Part shown: positions 49,969-59,777 of the stretch, piece by piece
Numbering within the stretch: the first letter of the stretch is position 1
How the letters are laid out: every line of letters starts with the position of its first letter
Source of the DNA: an uncultured delta proteobacterium
GTDB taxonomy: Bacteria > Desulfobacterota > Binatia > Binatales > Binataceae
Reading direction: 5' to 3'
NCBI GenBank assembly: GCA_963842085.1
Contig: CAWJET010000002.1
Location: 704,001 to 768,000, forward strand
DNA length: 64,000 bases
Notes under the pieces: generated by a model
The model's database searches: none
What the model was told of the DNA's origin: nothing
Seen by the model: the letters and a program-made list of their open reading frames with translations, nothing else
Program-made: the position numbers and the translations under genes

Positions 49969-51381
49969 CTAAACCGCGATTGCAGACGCCTCAACGCGCA
50001 GTATGGCTTCGGTGGCCTTGGTCACCAGCGCGCAGTCCGCCCGCACAAGCCCCGGAAGCCACGCGATCGTGTCGCCAACCGTCACCATCGGAAACCTCTC
50101 GCGCCTCGCCTGCGGGACTTTGCGATCGACCAACACGTCGTGGACCTTCCGCGTGCCGCGCATTCCGAGGGGACGAATCCGGTCCCCTTTCATAAAATTG
50201 CGCGCGACCAGACCCGCGTCCACGATTTTCGCCGCATCGAACATCGCAACGGACAAACTGTCGGGCATCGACGCATCCGCCGCTGCGATCGTCGAGGCCT
50301 CGAACTTGAAACCCGCCGCATCGACGATCGTGATTCCGTCCGCCGCAATCGCCACCGAAAATCCCTCAGGCGATTCCTTTCGCTCGGCCCGCGTATCTAT
50401 CAACCGAAGAAGATCGTTCTCGCGCTCGGCGCGCCAGCCGCCCGGAAGATCGAGCGAGTCGCTGGGACCGCCTTGGAGAACAAGTTGCCGGATCGCCGCG
50501 ACGTGCGCCCGCGAAATTTTGCGCAACGACCCTCTTCGCTCGGCGACAAACAGCCGAATCGCAACCGCCTGCACCGCCCGATTCACCGCGCCGAAGCCCG
50601 ACACGTCGAGCGCGCCGCCGACGACGCGCATCGCGTCCAGTTCGCGCGCGGCGAGCGCCGCAACCAGCTCGTCGAGCGAGCGCATCTCATCCGCCACTGC
50701 CACCAGCCGCGCGCTGAGACCGGGCGCATACTCGCGCTCGAGCATCGGCAGCAGCTCGGCGCGAATCCGGTTGCGCAAGATGTCGCGCGACGCATTCGAC
50801 AAATCGTCCACGAACGAAATCCCGCGCGCGCCAAGGTAGTCGCGAATCTCCGCACGCGAAAGGGTCAGCATCGGCCGAATCAGTTTCCCCGGCCCGCGCT
50901 CGGCCATCGCCGCCATCCCCGCCGCCCCCGCGCCGCGCATCAAACGCATCAGCACAGTCTCAGCCTGATCATCGCGATGGTGGCCCAGGGCAACAAAGTC
51001 CGCTTTGACGCGATGCGCAACGCGCACAAGAAATTCGCGCCGAGCCTCGCGCGCCCGCTCTTCGAGGTTCCCGACGGACCTCGACCCGCCAAGTCCGTCA
51101 GCACGCTCGACGATCAGTTCAACGCCGAGCCGCGCACACATAGCCCTCACGAACTCCTCGTCCCTATCCGACTCATCGCCGCGAATCCGATGGTTCAAAT
51201 GTGCCGCCACGATTCGCAGGCTCATCCGCTCCCCAAGCTCAAGCAGCGCGGATGTGAGCGCGACGGAATCGCCCCCGCCGGATAGTCCAACGACGATCGA
51301 TGCGCCGCGGCGCACTCCCGCCCGCATCAAGGCCGCTTCAATCGCGCCGACGACTCTCTTTTTGCTGTCGCGAACCATCAC
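49969..51381 (-). CDS. tilS: tRNA(Ile)-lysidine synthetase
   Basis: SGGGDS, HLNH, GHHRDDQAET, RNRIR, C-terminal GDRI..RKV domain. Confidence 0.95.
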   Translation of the reverse strand: MMVRDSKKRVVGAIEAALMRAGVRRGASIVVGLSGGGDSVALTSALLELGERMSLRIVAAHLNHRIRGDESDRDEEFVRAMCARLGVELIVERADGLGGSRSVGNLEERAREARREFLVRVAHRVKADFVALGHHRDDQAETVLMRLMRGAGAAGMAAMAERGPGKLIRPMLTLSRAEIRDYLGARGISFVDDLSNASRDILRNRIRAELLPMLEREYAPGLSARLVAVADEMRSLDELVAALAARELDAMRVVGGALDVSGFGAVNRAVQAVAIRLFVAERRGSLRKISRAHVAAIRQLVLQGGPSDSLDLPGGWRAERENDLLRLIDTRAERKESPEGFSVAIAADGITIVDAAGFKFEASTIAAADASMPDSLSVAMFDAAKIVDAGLVARNFMKGDRIRPLGMRGTRKVHDVLVDRKVPQARRERFPMVTVGDTIAWLPGLVRADCALVTKATEAILRVEASAIAV

Positions 51382-51462
51382 CGACGAGGTTATTCCCGCA
51401 TTAGATCCGCATCAACGCGCCCTTCCACCATTGAACGATTTCCTAACTCGGGTTCCCCCTCC

Positions 51463-51753
51463 TCACCGATCCATCTGATCCAGCAAATGCAGGATCACAC
51501 CGATACCGGGAATATTCACTTCGAGTTCCTCGGCAAGTGTGCGAATCACGCGCGCGCGGCGTAATGCTTCCCGATCGTATAACGCCTCAGCGCGTCCACG
51601 CACTTGCTCGACTCGCGCCGGCGCGATCAGATCCTCGCGCTCCCATGACGCCAGCTCGCGCTCGCTGATTCCGCTTATCGAGCAGAACACGCTCCGGCTC
51701 ATCAGCACTAGCTGGCCGCGAGTTGAGCTTCTCGATACTGTCCGCCGCGCCAT
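51463..51753 (-). CDS. cbpM: CbpM-like MerR-HTH chaperone modulator
   Basis: LRRARVIRTL.EELEVNIPGIGVILHLLDQ, directly downstream of cbpA. Confidence 0.8.
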   Translation of the reverse strand: MARRTVSRSSTRGQLVLMSRSVFCSISGISERELASWEREDLIAPARVEQVRGRAEALYDREALRRARVIRTLAEELEVNIPGIGVILHLLDQMDR

Positions 51754-51768
51754 CGCTCTAAGTTCCCA

Positions 51769-52893
51769 TCACTTCGACGCCATCATTTCGGCCCGCGGAT
51801 CGGCCAGCCCGCGGGCTTTCAGGCTGTCGGCCAGCTGCTGCATAAGCGCGCGCTCTTTGGCGTTCAAGTCCGTCGGCGCGAGCACTTTCAGCTCGTAGAG
51901 CAGATCGCCCGCCGGCTCCTTGCCGCGCGCCGGCAGTCCGCGCCCGCGCAGGCGCATCACGCGTCCCGCCTGGCTGCCGGCCGGAATCTTCAGCGACACG
52001 CGCCCGTCAACCGTGGGCGCCGTGATTTCGGCGCCGAGCGCCGCCTCGTAGTCCCACACCGGCAAATTGACGCGCAGGTCGCGGCCCGCAATCGCGAACA
52101 CCGGGTTCGGTTCAATTCTGACGGTCAGGAAGAGATCGCCATTCTGATCGGGACGCGGCGCGCGTCCGCCCTGCCCCTTCAATCGCAACTGCGTGCCGTC
52201 GGTCACGCCCGCCGGGATTGTCACTTCGAGCGTGCGCCGCGCTGGCACCACACCGCCGCCGCCGCAAGTCGGACACGGCTCGGCCGAGCGAATCACGCGC
52301 GCCTTGCCCTGCTTTTCCTCGCGCGCGATCATTCCGCTGCCGCCGCAGGTGGCGCATTCGTCCTCGGCGACGAGATCGAGCCGCCGCTTCGCGCCTTTGA
52401 CCGCATCGACCAGCGGTATTCTGACCTCGGCGTTGAGGTCGGGCGCGCGCGCCGGCTCAGTGCCGAAGTCGAAGCTCGAGAATCCGCGGGGCGCGGCGCC
52501 GCGGCTTCGTCCGAAACCGCGCGCGCCGCCGCCACCGAAGAATTGCGAGAAGAAATCGCTGAAGTCGCCGCCGCCGCCAAATTCCGCGCCGCCGCCCATG
52601 CCGGCGCCCGCGCCGGCCGCCGATTGCTGCCGCGCGTAGCGGCGCATCATTTCTTCCTGCGACACGCCATGCTCCCAGTCGGCGCCGAGTTCGTCGTACT
52701 TTCTGCGCTTTTCGGGGTCGCTGATAACCTGGTAGGCCTCGTTTATCTGCTTGAATTTGACTTCGGCGTCCTTGTTGTTGGGATTGACGTCGGGATGGAA
52801 TTTGCGGGCGAGCTTGCGGTAGGCGCTCTTGATCTCCGCCGCGCTCGCCTTGCGGTCAACGCCGAGCGTTTTGTAGTAATCGCGAAATTCCAT
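51769..52893 (-). CDS. cbpA: DnaJ-class chaperone CbpA-like
   Basis: J-domain with HPD, G/F region FSDFF, two CxxCxGxG motifs, DnaJ C-terminal domain. Confidence 0.9.
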   Translation of the reverse strand: MEFRDYYKTLGVDRKASAAEIKSAYRKLARKFHPDVNPNNKDAEVKFKQINEAYQVISDPEKRRKYDELGADWEHGVSQEEMMRRYARQQSAAGAGAGMGGGAEFGGGGDFSDFFSQFFGGGGARGFGRSRGAAPRGFSSFDFGTEPARAPDLNAEVRIPLVDAVKGAKRRLDLVAEDECATCGGSGMIAREEKQGKARVIRSAEPCPTCGGGGVVPARRTLEVTIPAGVTDGTQLRLKGQGGRAPRPDQNGDLFLTVRIEPNPVFAIAGRDLRVNLPVWDYEAALGAEITAPTVDGRVSLKIPAGSQAGRVMRLRGRGLPARGKEPAGDLLYELKVLAPTDLNAKERALMQQLADSLKARGLADPRAEMMASK

Positions 52894-52962
52894 CCAGAAT
52901 ACTCAGTCAGCAGAATTCAAATACCCAGTTACTATACCCACTTGTGATGCTCGAATAGCTAA

Positions 52963-53151
52963 TCAGGTGTCACGCCGCGGCTCCGGCGAATCGGCGCTCG
53001 CCGACGTCTGATTGAGCGCCGCCATCCGCGCCTCCAGCGTGCGCAGCTCCGCGTCAAGCGCCGCCTGGCGGCGCCAGATGAACACCACGTACAGGAAAAT
53101 TACCGCGAAGATTATACTGTAGGCGGCGAACAGATATCCCAAATGTTCCAT
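52963..53151 (-). CDS. ccmD: Heme exporter protein CcmD
   Basis: Small single-TM protein (YLFAAYSIIF..LYV..RRQ) after ccmC. Confidence 0.8.
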   Translation of the reverse strand: MEHLGYLFAAYSIIFAVIFLYVVFIWRRQAALDAELRTLEARMAALNQTSASADSPEPRRDT

Positions 53152-53164
53152 CAACTCAATTCCG

Positions 53165-53878
53165 TCACTTGCTATCGGAGGCGGCCGCCGACGCGAACGC
53201 GATCCTGACCGCCAGCGCGCCCATCCGGCTTCGCGTGCGCAACTGCGCGAAGCGCAGCAGCAGGAGCCACGCCCACAGCGCCGTGAAGGCGGCCAGACAC
53301 ACCAGCAGCGTCGCCACCATCCGCGGATCCTCGAGCCCATGTCCGCCCTGCTTGGTAACCAGCACCGCGGGATGAATCGTGCGCCACAGCCGCACCGACG
53401 CGATCACGATCGGCACGTCCAGCGCCGCGACGATTCCGATCACGGCCCCGAAGCGCGCCACCTGCGGCGTGTCGCCGGCGCTGGCGCGCAGCATCAGATA
53501 GCCGCCGTACATCAGCCACAGGATGAAGGTCGTCGTCAGCCGCGAGTCCCACGTCCACCAGGTGCCCCAAATCGGCTTGGCCCAAATCGAACCTGCGACA
53601 ATCATCAGCGTGCAAAAGACCATACCGGTTTCGGCGGCGGCGTAACCCAGGTCGTCCCACAGCTGATCGCCGAGCCACAGGTAGAATATTCCGGCAATCG
53701 CGACCAGCCCGAATGAGGCGAACGCGACCCATGCCAGCGGGACGTGAAAATAAAATATCAACTGCGCTATTCCCTGCTCGGCTTCGGGCGGTACGTAGTC
53801 GAATACCATGAACAACGCCGCCAGCATCAGCGCCAGCGTCGCGTACCCGAGTCCATTGCGAATCGCGGAGTTGTTCAT
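53165..53878 (-). CDS. ccmC: Heme exporter CcmC
   Basis: YFHVP.AW, WWD motif WAKPIWGTWWTWDSRLT, RTIHP. Confidence 0.95.
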   Translation of the reverse strand: MNNSAIRNGLGYATLALMLAALFMVFDYVPPEAEQGIAQLIFYFHVPLAWVAFASFGLVAIAGIFYLWLGDQLWDDLGYAAAETGMVFCTLMIVAGSIWAKPIWGTWWTWDSRLTTTFILWLMYGGYLMLRASAGDTPQVARFGAVIGIVAALDVPIVIASVRLWRTIHPAVLVTKQGGHGLEDPRMVATLLVCLAAFTALWAWLLLLRFAQLRTRSRMGALAVRIAFASAAASDSK

Positions 53879-53926
53879 GCAGCCCGAAACGACCCGTCTG
53901 CCTTATAGTCAGTAGTCACCTAATAG

Positions 53927-54598
53927 TCAGTCCTCACCTGCCACATGCTCGAATAGCAGATAACCGGCGGTGACAAACAGCACGTCGAACGCGATCATGA
54001 TCTTCAGCCAGTCGCCCATCGCGCCAAGCGGCGCGCCCGCCAGCGCCGCGGCGCTCGCCTTGACGCCCGCAATCAGGGCCGGCACGAAAATCGGCACGGC
54101 GAGAATCGGCAATAGCATATCGCCGCCGCGCGTGCGCCCGGTGATTGCCGAGAGCAGCGTCGCGAGCGCGGAGAATCCGATCGCGCCCAGCGCCAGGATT
54201 GGCGCCAGCCGCGCGATCGACGCGTCGAATTCGAGATTAAAGAACAGCACCATCAGGATGACCGCGCCAATCTCGGCCACCGCCATGAAGATCAAAGCGG
54301 CGGCAAGCTTGGCGACGAAGAGCGTTCCGGGATCGAGCGGGCTCAGCAGCAATCCGCGGATGGCGCCGTTGTCGCGCTCGGCGAGCAGCGCGCGATTCGC
54401 CCCGAGCATCCCCGCGAACACCATCGCGACCCACAGCGCGCCCGCCGCCGTGTCGACGCTGCGCACGCGTGCCGCGTCGAGCGCGAACACCAGCACCACC
54501 AGCACCAGCATCGACAGCGCGAGCAGCGCGAGCGTGCTCTCGCCGCTGCGCAGTTCGAGGCGTAGGTCTTTGCGCAGCACGGCGGCAAAGCCAGACAC
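53927..54598 (-). CDS. ccmB: Heme exporter permease CcmB
   Basis: KDLRLELR, ERDNG..GLLL, LLPILAVP..VP. Confidence 0.93.
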   Translation of the reverse strand: MSGFAAVLRKDLRLELRSGESTLALLALSMLVLVVLVFALDAARVRSVDTAAGALWVAMVFAGMLGANRALLAERDNGAIRGLLLSPLDPGTLFVAKLAAALIFMAVAEIGAVILMVLFFNLEFDASIARLAPILALGAIGFSALATLLSAITGRTRGGDMLLPILAVPIFVPALIAGVKASAAALAGAPLGAMGDWLKIMIAFDVLFVTAGYLLFEHVAGED

Positions 54599-54602
54599 TG
54601 TG

Positions 54603-55304
54603 CTACCTGCCCAGCAGCGAGCGGATTCGCCCGCCGCGCCGGACCTCCTCCTTAGGCACCTGCGGCGCCAGCAGGCCGCGGGCGATTTCGAACACTGCGA
54701 ACTCGACCCCGTCGATCTCGGGGACTGCGTGCGCCGTCGCAATCACGGAGGCGCCGCGCTCGACCGCGCCGCGAATCAGCCCCGCGACGATTTCGGCGCC
54801 GTCATGGTCGAGCGACGCGAACGGCTCGTCGAGCAGGAGCAGCGCCGGCTCGGCGAGCATCGCGCGCGCCGCCGACAGGCGCTGCTCCATCCCGCGCGAG
54901 AACGTACGCACGCGGGCGTCGGCAACGTCGGCCAGTCCGACCCGGCCGAGCCATTGCTCGGCGGAAGCGTGCTGGTCGGCAAGCGAATACAGCTCGGCGA
55001 AGAATTCGAGATTCTCGCGCGCGGTCAGGTTCGGGTAGAGGAAACTCTGATGCGCCATCATGCCGATACGGCGCCGGTAGCGCGCCGCGAGCCGGCGCGT
55101 GTCCTGCCCGAAGACCAGAGCGTAGCCACCGCTCGGTGCTTCGAGTCCGGCAAGGATTCGCAGCAAAGTTGATTTTCCGGCGCCGTTGCCGCCGACCACA
55201 AACGCGCCCGCACCCGGCAGCAGCCGCAACTGCACCTCGCGCAGCACGGGCGCCAGGCCGTAAGTCTTTGCCAGGCTGTGAGTCTCGACGACCGGCGCCG
55301 CCAT
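54603..55304 (-). CDS. ccmA: Heme ABC exporter ATPase CcmA
   Basis: GGNGAGKST, LTARENL, FSRGMEQR, LLDEP. Confidence 0.93.
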   Translation of the reverse strand: MAAPVVETHSLAKTYGLAPVLREVQLRLLPGAGAFVVGGNGAGKSTLLRILAGLEAPSGGYALVFGQDTRRLAARYRRRIGMMAHQSFLYPNLTARENLEFFAELYSLADQHASAEQWLGRVGLADVADARVRTFSRGMEQRLSAARAMLAEPALLLLDEPFASLDHDGAEIVAGLIRGAVERGASVIATAHAVPEIDGVEFAVFEIARGLLAPQVPKEEVRRGGRIRSLLGR

Positions 55305-55858
55305 CACTCGGACCAGGCGGTCGCGCCGCCCATCGGTTTGATCGCGATGCCGCATTGCGCGCAGAACTTCGAGTCGAGCGCGGCGCGGGTCCCGCATTGG
55401 GGGCAGAAGCGAAGCTTGCCCGGCGACGACGGCGGCGGCGATGGTTGCGGCGGGCGCGGCGGTTCGGTGTGCAGGACCAGCGTCGGTACCGCGTCGCGGC
55501 GCGGCGCCGGTGCGGGCCGGCGCAGCGCATTCGTCAGCGGCGTGACGGACGGCTTCTTCGCGGCCGCGGTCTTTTCGCTCTGCATGCGGATCTTCTCGAC
55601 CGCGGCCATCGCGGTCAGCGCTCGGTCCTCGAGCACCTTGTGCAGAGATTCGTAGTCCGCCTCGGACAGCTTGCCCATCTCGCGATCGAACTCGAGTTCG
55701 CGAAGACCCTGCACCGCCAGCGCGTGTTCATGCTCGTGGCGTTCGACTTGAAGCTCACCGGCCGACTTGGCGCGCGCTCCGAGCAGCCCGACGCCGAGCG
55801 GCGCGGCCACGAACAGCGCGACTCCGGCGACAATCAGAGCGGCGGCAATAATGAACAC
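55304..55858 (-). CDS. CcmI-like membrane protein with C-terminal zinc ribbon
   Basis: N-terminal TM, LRELEFDREMGKLSEADY (CcmI-1-like), FCPQCG..FCAQCG. Confidence 0.7.
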   Translation of the reverse strand: MFIIAAALIVAGVALFVAAPLGVGLLGARAKSAGELQVERHEHEHALAVQGLRELEFDREMGKLSEADYESLHKVLEDRALTAMAAVEKIRMQSEKTAAAKKPSVTPLTNALRRPAPAPRRDAVPTLVLHTEPPRPPQPSPPPSSPGKLRFCPQCGTRAALDSKFCAQCGIAIKPMGGATAWSE

Positions 55859-55861
55859 CGC

Positions 55862-56371
55862 TTATCGACGCTCCTCGAGCTCTTTTTCTAGCCGGTGCCT
55901 GAGTTCGGGATCGAATGACGAGGGCTCCGCGCCCGGTTTCGAGTCGGCCGGCGCCGGCGGCCGACGGGAGTGCCATCGCCCGACCGCTACCGCCATCGCG
56001 CCGCCGCCGAGTACGAGCGCGATGAAGGGCATCGTCCATGCGAGCAGGTTGAAGCCCTCGGCGGTCGGCGCGGACAGGACTTTCTCGCCGTACTCATGCC
56101 GGAAAAAAGAGATTATCTGCACGCGGGTCATGCCCTGTCCAATCATGCGGTCGATCTCGCGGCGCATCGGCACCGAGAAGCCGCAGGTCGGCATATTGCA
56201 GTTGGCGACCGTCAAACCGCAACCGCATTGGCAGGTCAAACCCTCGGAAATCTGCGCGTTGGTTGGGGCTTCCGACCCAAATGTTTCACGTGAAACGTTT
56301 TTTAGTGCGAAAACGAAAAGGGCGACGACGGCGAATACGAGCGACGCTGCGAGTGTGAGTTTCGCGCGCAC
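55862..56371 (-). CDS. ccmH: Cytochrome c biogenesis protein CcmH (variant)
   Basis: LTCQCGC..C..C, MRREI, YGEKVLSAP, LAWTMPF. Confidence 0.85.
   Translation of the reverse strand: MRAKLTLAASLVFAVVALFVFALKNVSRETFGSEAPTNAQISEGLTCQCGCGLTVANCNMPTCGFSVPMRREIDRMIGQGMTRVQIISFFRHEYGEKVLSAPTAEGFNLLAWTMPFIALVLGGGAMAVAVGRWHSRRPPAPADSKPGAEPSSFDPELRHRLEKELEERR
56282..56297. promoter_or_regulatory. parS: parS centromere-like ParB-loading site
   Basis: TGTTTCACGTGAAACG, a 15/16 match to the consensus TGTTTCACGTGAAACA, with symmetric AAA/TTT flanks; lies inside ccmH. Confidence 0.85.
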
Positions 56372-56377
56372 AGAAGC

Positions 56378-58402
56378 TCAGTCACCCCCGGGGGCGGCGA
56401 CATCGGCGAGTTCGGGCGCGCCGGCGGATGAGCGGCTGAGCGCGGTCGCGATTGCGGCGCGCTCACGCACGTTGGGCCACATAACCACTACGGTACCGAG
56501 CGCCATCGTCAGGCCGCCCGCCCATAGCCAGAAAACCAGCGGCGTCAGGAACACTTCGAAGGTCGCGGTCTGGCCGCTGTCGTCGATTCCGGCGAGCACG
56601 ACGTAGAGGTCGCTGGCGGGAGTGGAGCGGATCGCGACCTTGGTCGCGGGCTGCTGCGGGCGCTTGAAGAACAGCTTCGCCGGCGACATCACGGCGATCT
56701 CGCGGCCGTCGGCGCGCAGCACCTGGACCCGCGCCGTCGCGCTCGCGAGATGAGGGGTGTCGGCTTCCGAGAGGCCCAGGTAGCGCAGCGTATACGAACC
56801 GACGGCGAAGCTGTCGCCTTCATGCACGCTCTTTTTCACTTCGGTGCGGAAGAACGACGAGCCTACGATTCCGATGAACGCGAAGATCACGCCGACGTGG
56901 ATAATGTAGCCGCCATAGCGGCGGTTGTTCTTGGCGACGAGATTGACGAGCGCCTTGGCGCGCGGTTCGGCGACCATGTGGCGGCGCGCGTTCATCCCGC
57001 GGCGGAACTCGACCAGGATGGTGCCGATGACGAACGCGGCCAGCGAGAAGGCGGTCAGCACGTACCATTGGCGCAGGCCAGCGGCGGCGGCGACGATCCC
57101 GGTCGCGACGCCCATCGCGACGGGCGCGGCGAAACTGCGCACGAGATTGTCAGCCGTCGTGCGCCGCCACGCGATCAGCGGCCCGATGCCCATCAGGAAC
57201 ACGAGACCGAGCGCGAGCGGCCCGTTGACGCGATTGAAGAACGGCGGTCCGACGGTAATCTTCACGCCGCGCACCGCTTCCGAGAGAACGGGAAAGATGG
57301 TGCCCCAGAAAACGGCGAATGCGATGCCGACCAGCATGAGATTGTTGAACAGAAACGCGGCCTCGCGCGACAGGTACGACTCGAATTCTGCGGGACTGCG
57401 CAATTGCTTCGAGCGGAAGATCAACAGCGCCGTGTAGGCGAGCGTCACCGTTATCAGAAAGCTCAGGAAGTACGGGCCGAGGCCGGACTGGGTGAACGAA
57501 TGCACCGACGAGATGACGCCGCTGCGCGTGATGAACGTGCCGAACAGCGTGAGCCCGAATGCGAGTCCGATCAGCGCCAGGTTCCAGATCTTCAGCATGT
57601 CCTTGCGTTCCTGGATCATCACCGAATGCAGGTACGCGGTCATCACGAGCCACGGCATGAAGGCAGCGTTCTCGACCGGGTCCCATGCCCAGTAACCGCC
57701 CCAGCCGAGAACTTCGTAGGCCCAGCGCGCGCCGAAGATGTTGCCGAGCGTGAGAAAGAACCAGGAAAAAATCGCCCAGCGCCGCGTCGAGCGGATCCAT
57801 CCGTCGTCGAGCTTGCCTGTTATTAGCGCGGCGGCGCCGAATGCAAACGGCACGGTTGCGCTGACGTAGCCGGTGTATAGAGACGGCGGATGTATCGCCA
57901 TCCAGTAGTTCTGCAGCAGGGGATTGAGGTCGGAGCCTTCGGCGGGAACCGTCGCGAGCAAATCAAATGGACGGGTGACGAAATTCAACATCAACAGGAA
58001 AAAGATTGCGACGCCGGCCAGCACTGCGAGCGCATACGGCGCGATCTCGGGATTGCGCCGGCGATTCTGGATCGCGGCGATCGACGTGAAGATCGACAGC
58101 AGCCACGTCCAGAACAGCAACGAGCCCTGCTGCCCGCCCCATAGCGAGGTGATTTTGTAAACGGTCGGGAGCGTGGTGCTGGAATATGCGGCGACGTACT
58201 CGAGCGAGAAGTCGCTGCGCAGCAGCGAGATCCACAGCACGACGACCGCGATGGTGACCATCGCGCACATCGCCCACAGCGCGTGACGGGCGCTGACGAC
58301 GAAGTCGGGCGCATTGCGGCGCGCGCCGTAGATATTCGCCGCGATGGAATAGACCGCAAGAATCAGAGCGATCGCGAGCGCGAGGTTGCCAAGTTCCGGC
58401 AT
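56378..58402 (-). CDS. ccmF: Heme lyase CcmF
   Basis: WGGQQGSLLFW, LNPLLQ..AIHPP, WGGYWAWDPVENA, SVHSF. Confidence 0.97.
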   Translation of the reverse strand: MPELGNLALAIALILAVYSIAANIYGARRNAPDFVVSARHALWAMCAMVTIAVVVLWISLLRSDFSLEYVAAYSSTTLPTVYKITSLWGGQQGSLLFWTWLLSIFTSIAAIQNRRRNPEIAPYALAVLAGVAIFFLLMLNFVTRPFDLLATVPAEGSDLNPLLQNYWMAIHPPSLYTGYVSATVPFAFGAAALITGKLDDGWIRSTRRWAIFSWFFLTLGNIFGARWAYEVLGWGGYWAWDPVENAAFMPWLVMTAYLHSVMIQERKDMLKIWNLALIGLAFGLTLFGTFITRSGVISSVHSFTQSGLGPYFLSFLITVTLAYTALLIFRSKQLRSPAEFESYLSREAAFLFNNLMLVGIAFAVFWGTIFPVLSEAVRGVKITVGPPFFNRVNGPLALGLVFLMGIGPLIAWRRTTADNLVRSFAAPVAMGVATGIVAAAAGLRQWYVLTAFSLAAFVIGTILVEFRRGMNARRHMVAEPRAKALVNLVAKNNRRYGGYIIHVGVIFAFIGIVGSSFFRTEVKKSVHEGDSFAVGSYTLRYLGLSEADTPHLASATARVQVLRADGREIAVMSPAKLFFKRPQQPATKVAIRSTPASDLYVVLAGIDDSGQTATFEVFLTPLVFWLWAGGLTMALGTVVVMWPNVRERAAIATALSRSSAGAPELADVAAPGGD

Positions 58403-58417
58403 CTGAAAAACCTCCGG

Positions 58418-58864
58418 CTATTGTGCTTGCTTGGGCTTGTACTTGGAAGGGCAACTCGTCATCACCTGGGTCGCGGCAATCGCGCCGTCGGGGCCGAGCT
58501 TGCCCTCGACGATAACGTCGCGGCCGGGCGCGAACATGTCGGGCTTGGGCTCACCGGTGCATACGACGCGGAACGAGACGGGATCGGACGCCATGACAGG
58601 TTTCACCGGCGCAGCGGCGTCGACGTCGGGAATCGGCACCATTTCAAATTTGAGAGTGAGGGTATTCGGGTCCCAGTTGATAGTGCCGGCCTTGACGCGG
58701 CCGGCGACGCGCAGCGCCTGCCCGCCAAGCTCGCTCTGGCGCGCGGACACTTCGGTGACAGTCAGGTAGTATTCGGAGGTAGTGCGAATCGCGCTGAAGA
58801 TAAGATAGCCGACCGCGACCGCGATCAATCCCACGCCGATGAAAAATCGTGGACGAATTCGCAT
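58418..58864 (-). CDS. ccmE: Heme chaperone CcmE (CxxxY variant)
   Basis: YYLTV, LRVAGRV, PDMF..G..VIVEG, C-terminal CPSKY. Confidence 0.92.
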   Translation of the reverse strand: MRIRPRFFIGVGLIAVAVGYLIFSAIRTTSEYYLTVTEVSARQSELGGQALRVAGRVKAGTINWDPNTLTLKFEMVPIPDVDAAAPVKPVMASDPVSFRVVCTGEPKPDMFAPGRDVIVEGKLGPDGAIAATQVMTSCPSKYKPKQAQ

Positions 58865-58918
58865 AGCGTGTCATTCTTTCAGGGCTTGAGCGAATGAGCA
58901 AACGCCGCAGAGACCGGA

Positions 58919-58951
58919 CCTAACCTCTCCCGTGAAGTACCGGGCGAGGGA
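58919..58951. repeat. REP-like palindrome
   Basis: CCTAACCTCTCCCG-TGAAGTAC-CGGGCGAGGGA immediately after the lpxA stop. Confidence 0.5.
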
Positions 58952-58952
58952 T

Positions 58953-59777
58953 TCAGGATTCGGAATCATCCGAAGATTGCGGGTCGAGGGGGCCGAACGC
59001 GACGCCGCGTTTTGACGCTTTGATGAAATTCAACAGCTCGATTACTTCGGGGGCGAGGTCGCCGGATTGTTCGAGGCGCTCTATCGCCAGTTTCAGATTT
59101 TGGCGGGCGCCGAACAACGTCGTGAAGGCATGGCGGAGGGCGTGAATCGATTTTGACGGGATTCCTGCGCGCTTCAAGCCTACTACATTTATTCCGCGCA
59201 GAGTGTGGGTGCCGTCCATGATGCAGAATGGCGGCACGTCGCGGCTGGTGCGCGACAGGCCGCGCATCATCGCCAGCCGTCCGATGCGGGTGTACTGGTG
59301 CACGACGCAGTTGCCCGAGACCAGCGCGCGGTCGCCCAGCTCGACCCATCCGGCCAGCAGCGCGCCGCCGGCGATGATGGTCGAGTTGCCGATGCGACAA
59401 TCGTGCGCGACGTGCGCATTCTGCATCATGAAGTTGTCGTCGCCCATGATGGTTACGTCGCCGCGCTCGCTGCCGCGATGGACGGTGGAGTATTCGCGGA
59501 AGATGTTGCGATCGCCGATTTTCACCGAGCGCGCGACGCCGGTGTAGGTCAGGTCCTGCGGCTCGTCGCCGATCACCGCGCCCGGATGAAGCACGTTGTC
59601 AGCGCCGAGTTCGGTGATGCCGAGAATCGTGACGTGGCCTATAAGGCGCGTGCGCGCACCGACGCGGATTTTTCCGTCGAGCAAGCACAGCGGACCGACC
59701 TCGACGCCGGCGGCCAGCTCGACCTCGAGACCCACCACCGAGCTCGGATGAATCCGCGGCGGCGCGTCACGCGTCAA
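58953..59777 (-). CDS. lpxA: Acyl-ACP--UDP-N-acetylglucosamine O-acyltransferase
   Basis: Hexapeptide repeats, IGDEPQDL, REY.TVHRG, AHVAHDC, HQY.RIG, DVPPF, GINVVGLKR. TTG start overlaps the yacG stop. Confidence 0.93.
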   Translation of the reverse strand: MTRDAPPRIHPSSVVGLEVELAAGVEVGPLCLLDGKIRVGARTRLIGHVTILGITELGADNVLHPGAVIGDEPQDLTYTGVARSVKIGDRNIFREYSTVHRGSERGDVTIMGDDNFMMQNAHVAHDCRIGNSTIIAGGALLAGWVELGDRALVSGNCVVHQYTRIGRLAMMRGLSRTSRDVPPFCIMDGTHTLRGINVVGLKRAGIPSKSIHALRHAFTTLFGARQNLKLAIERLEQSGDLAPEVIELLNFIKASKRGVAFGPLDPQSSDDSES

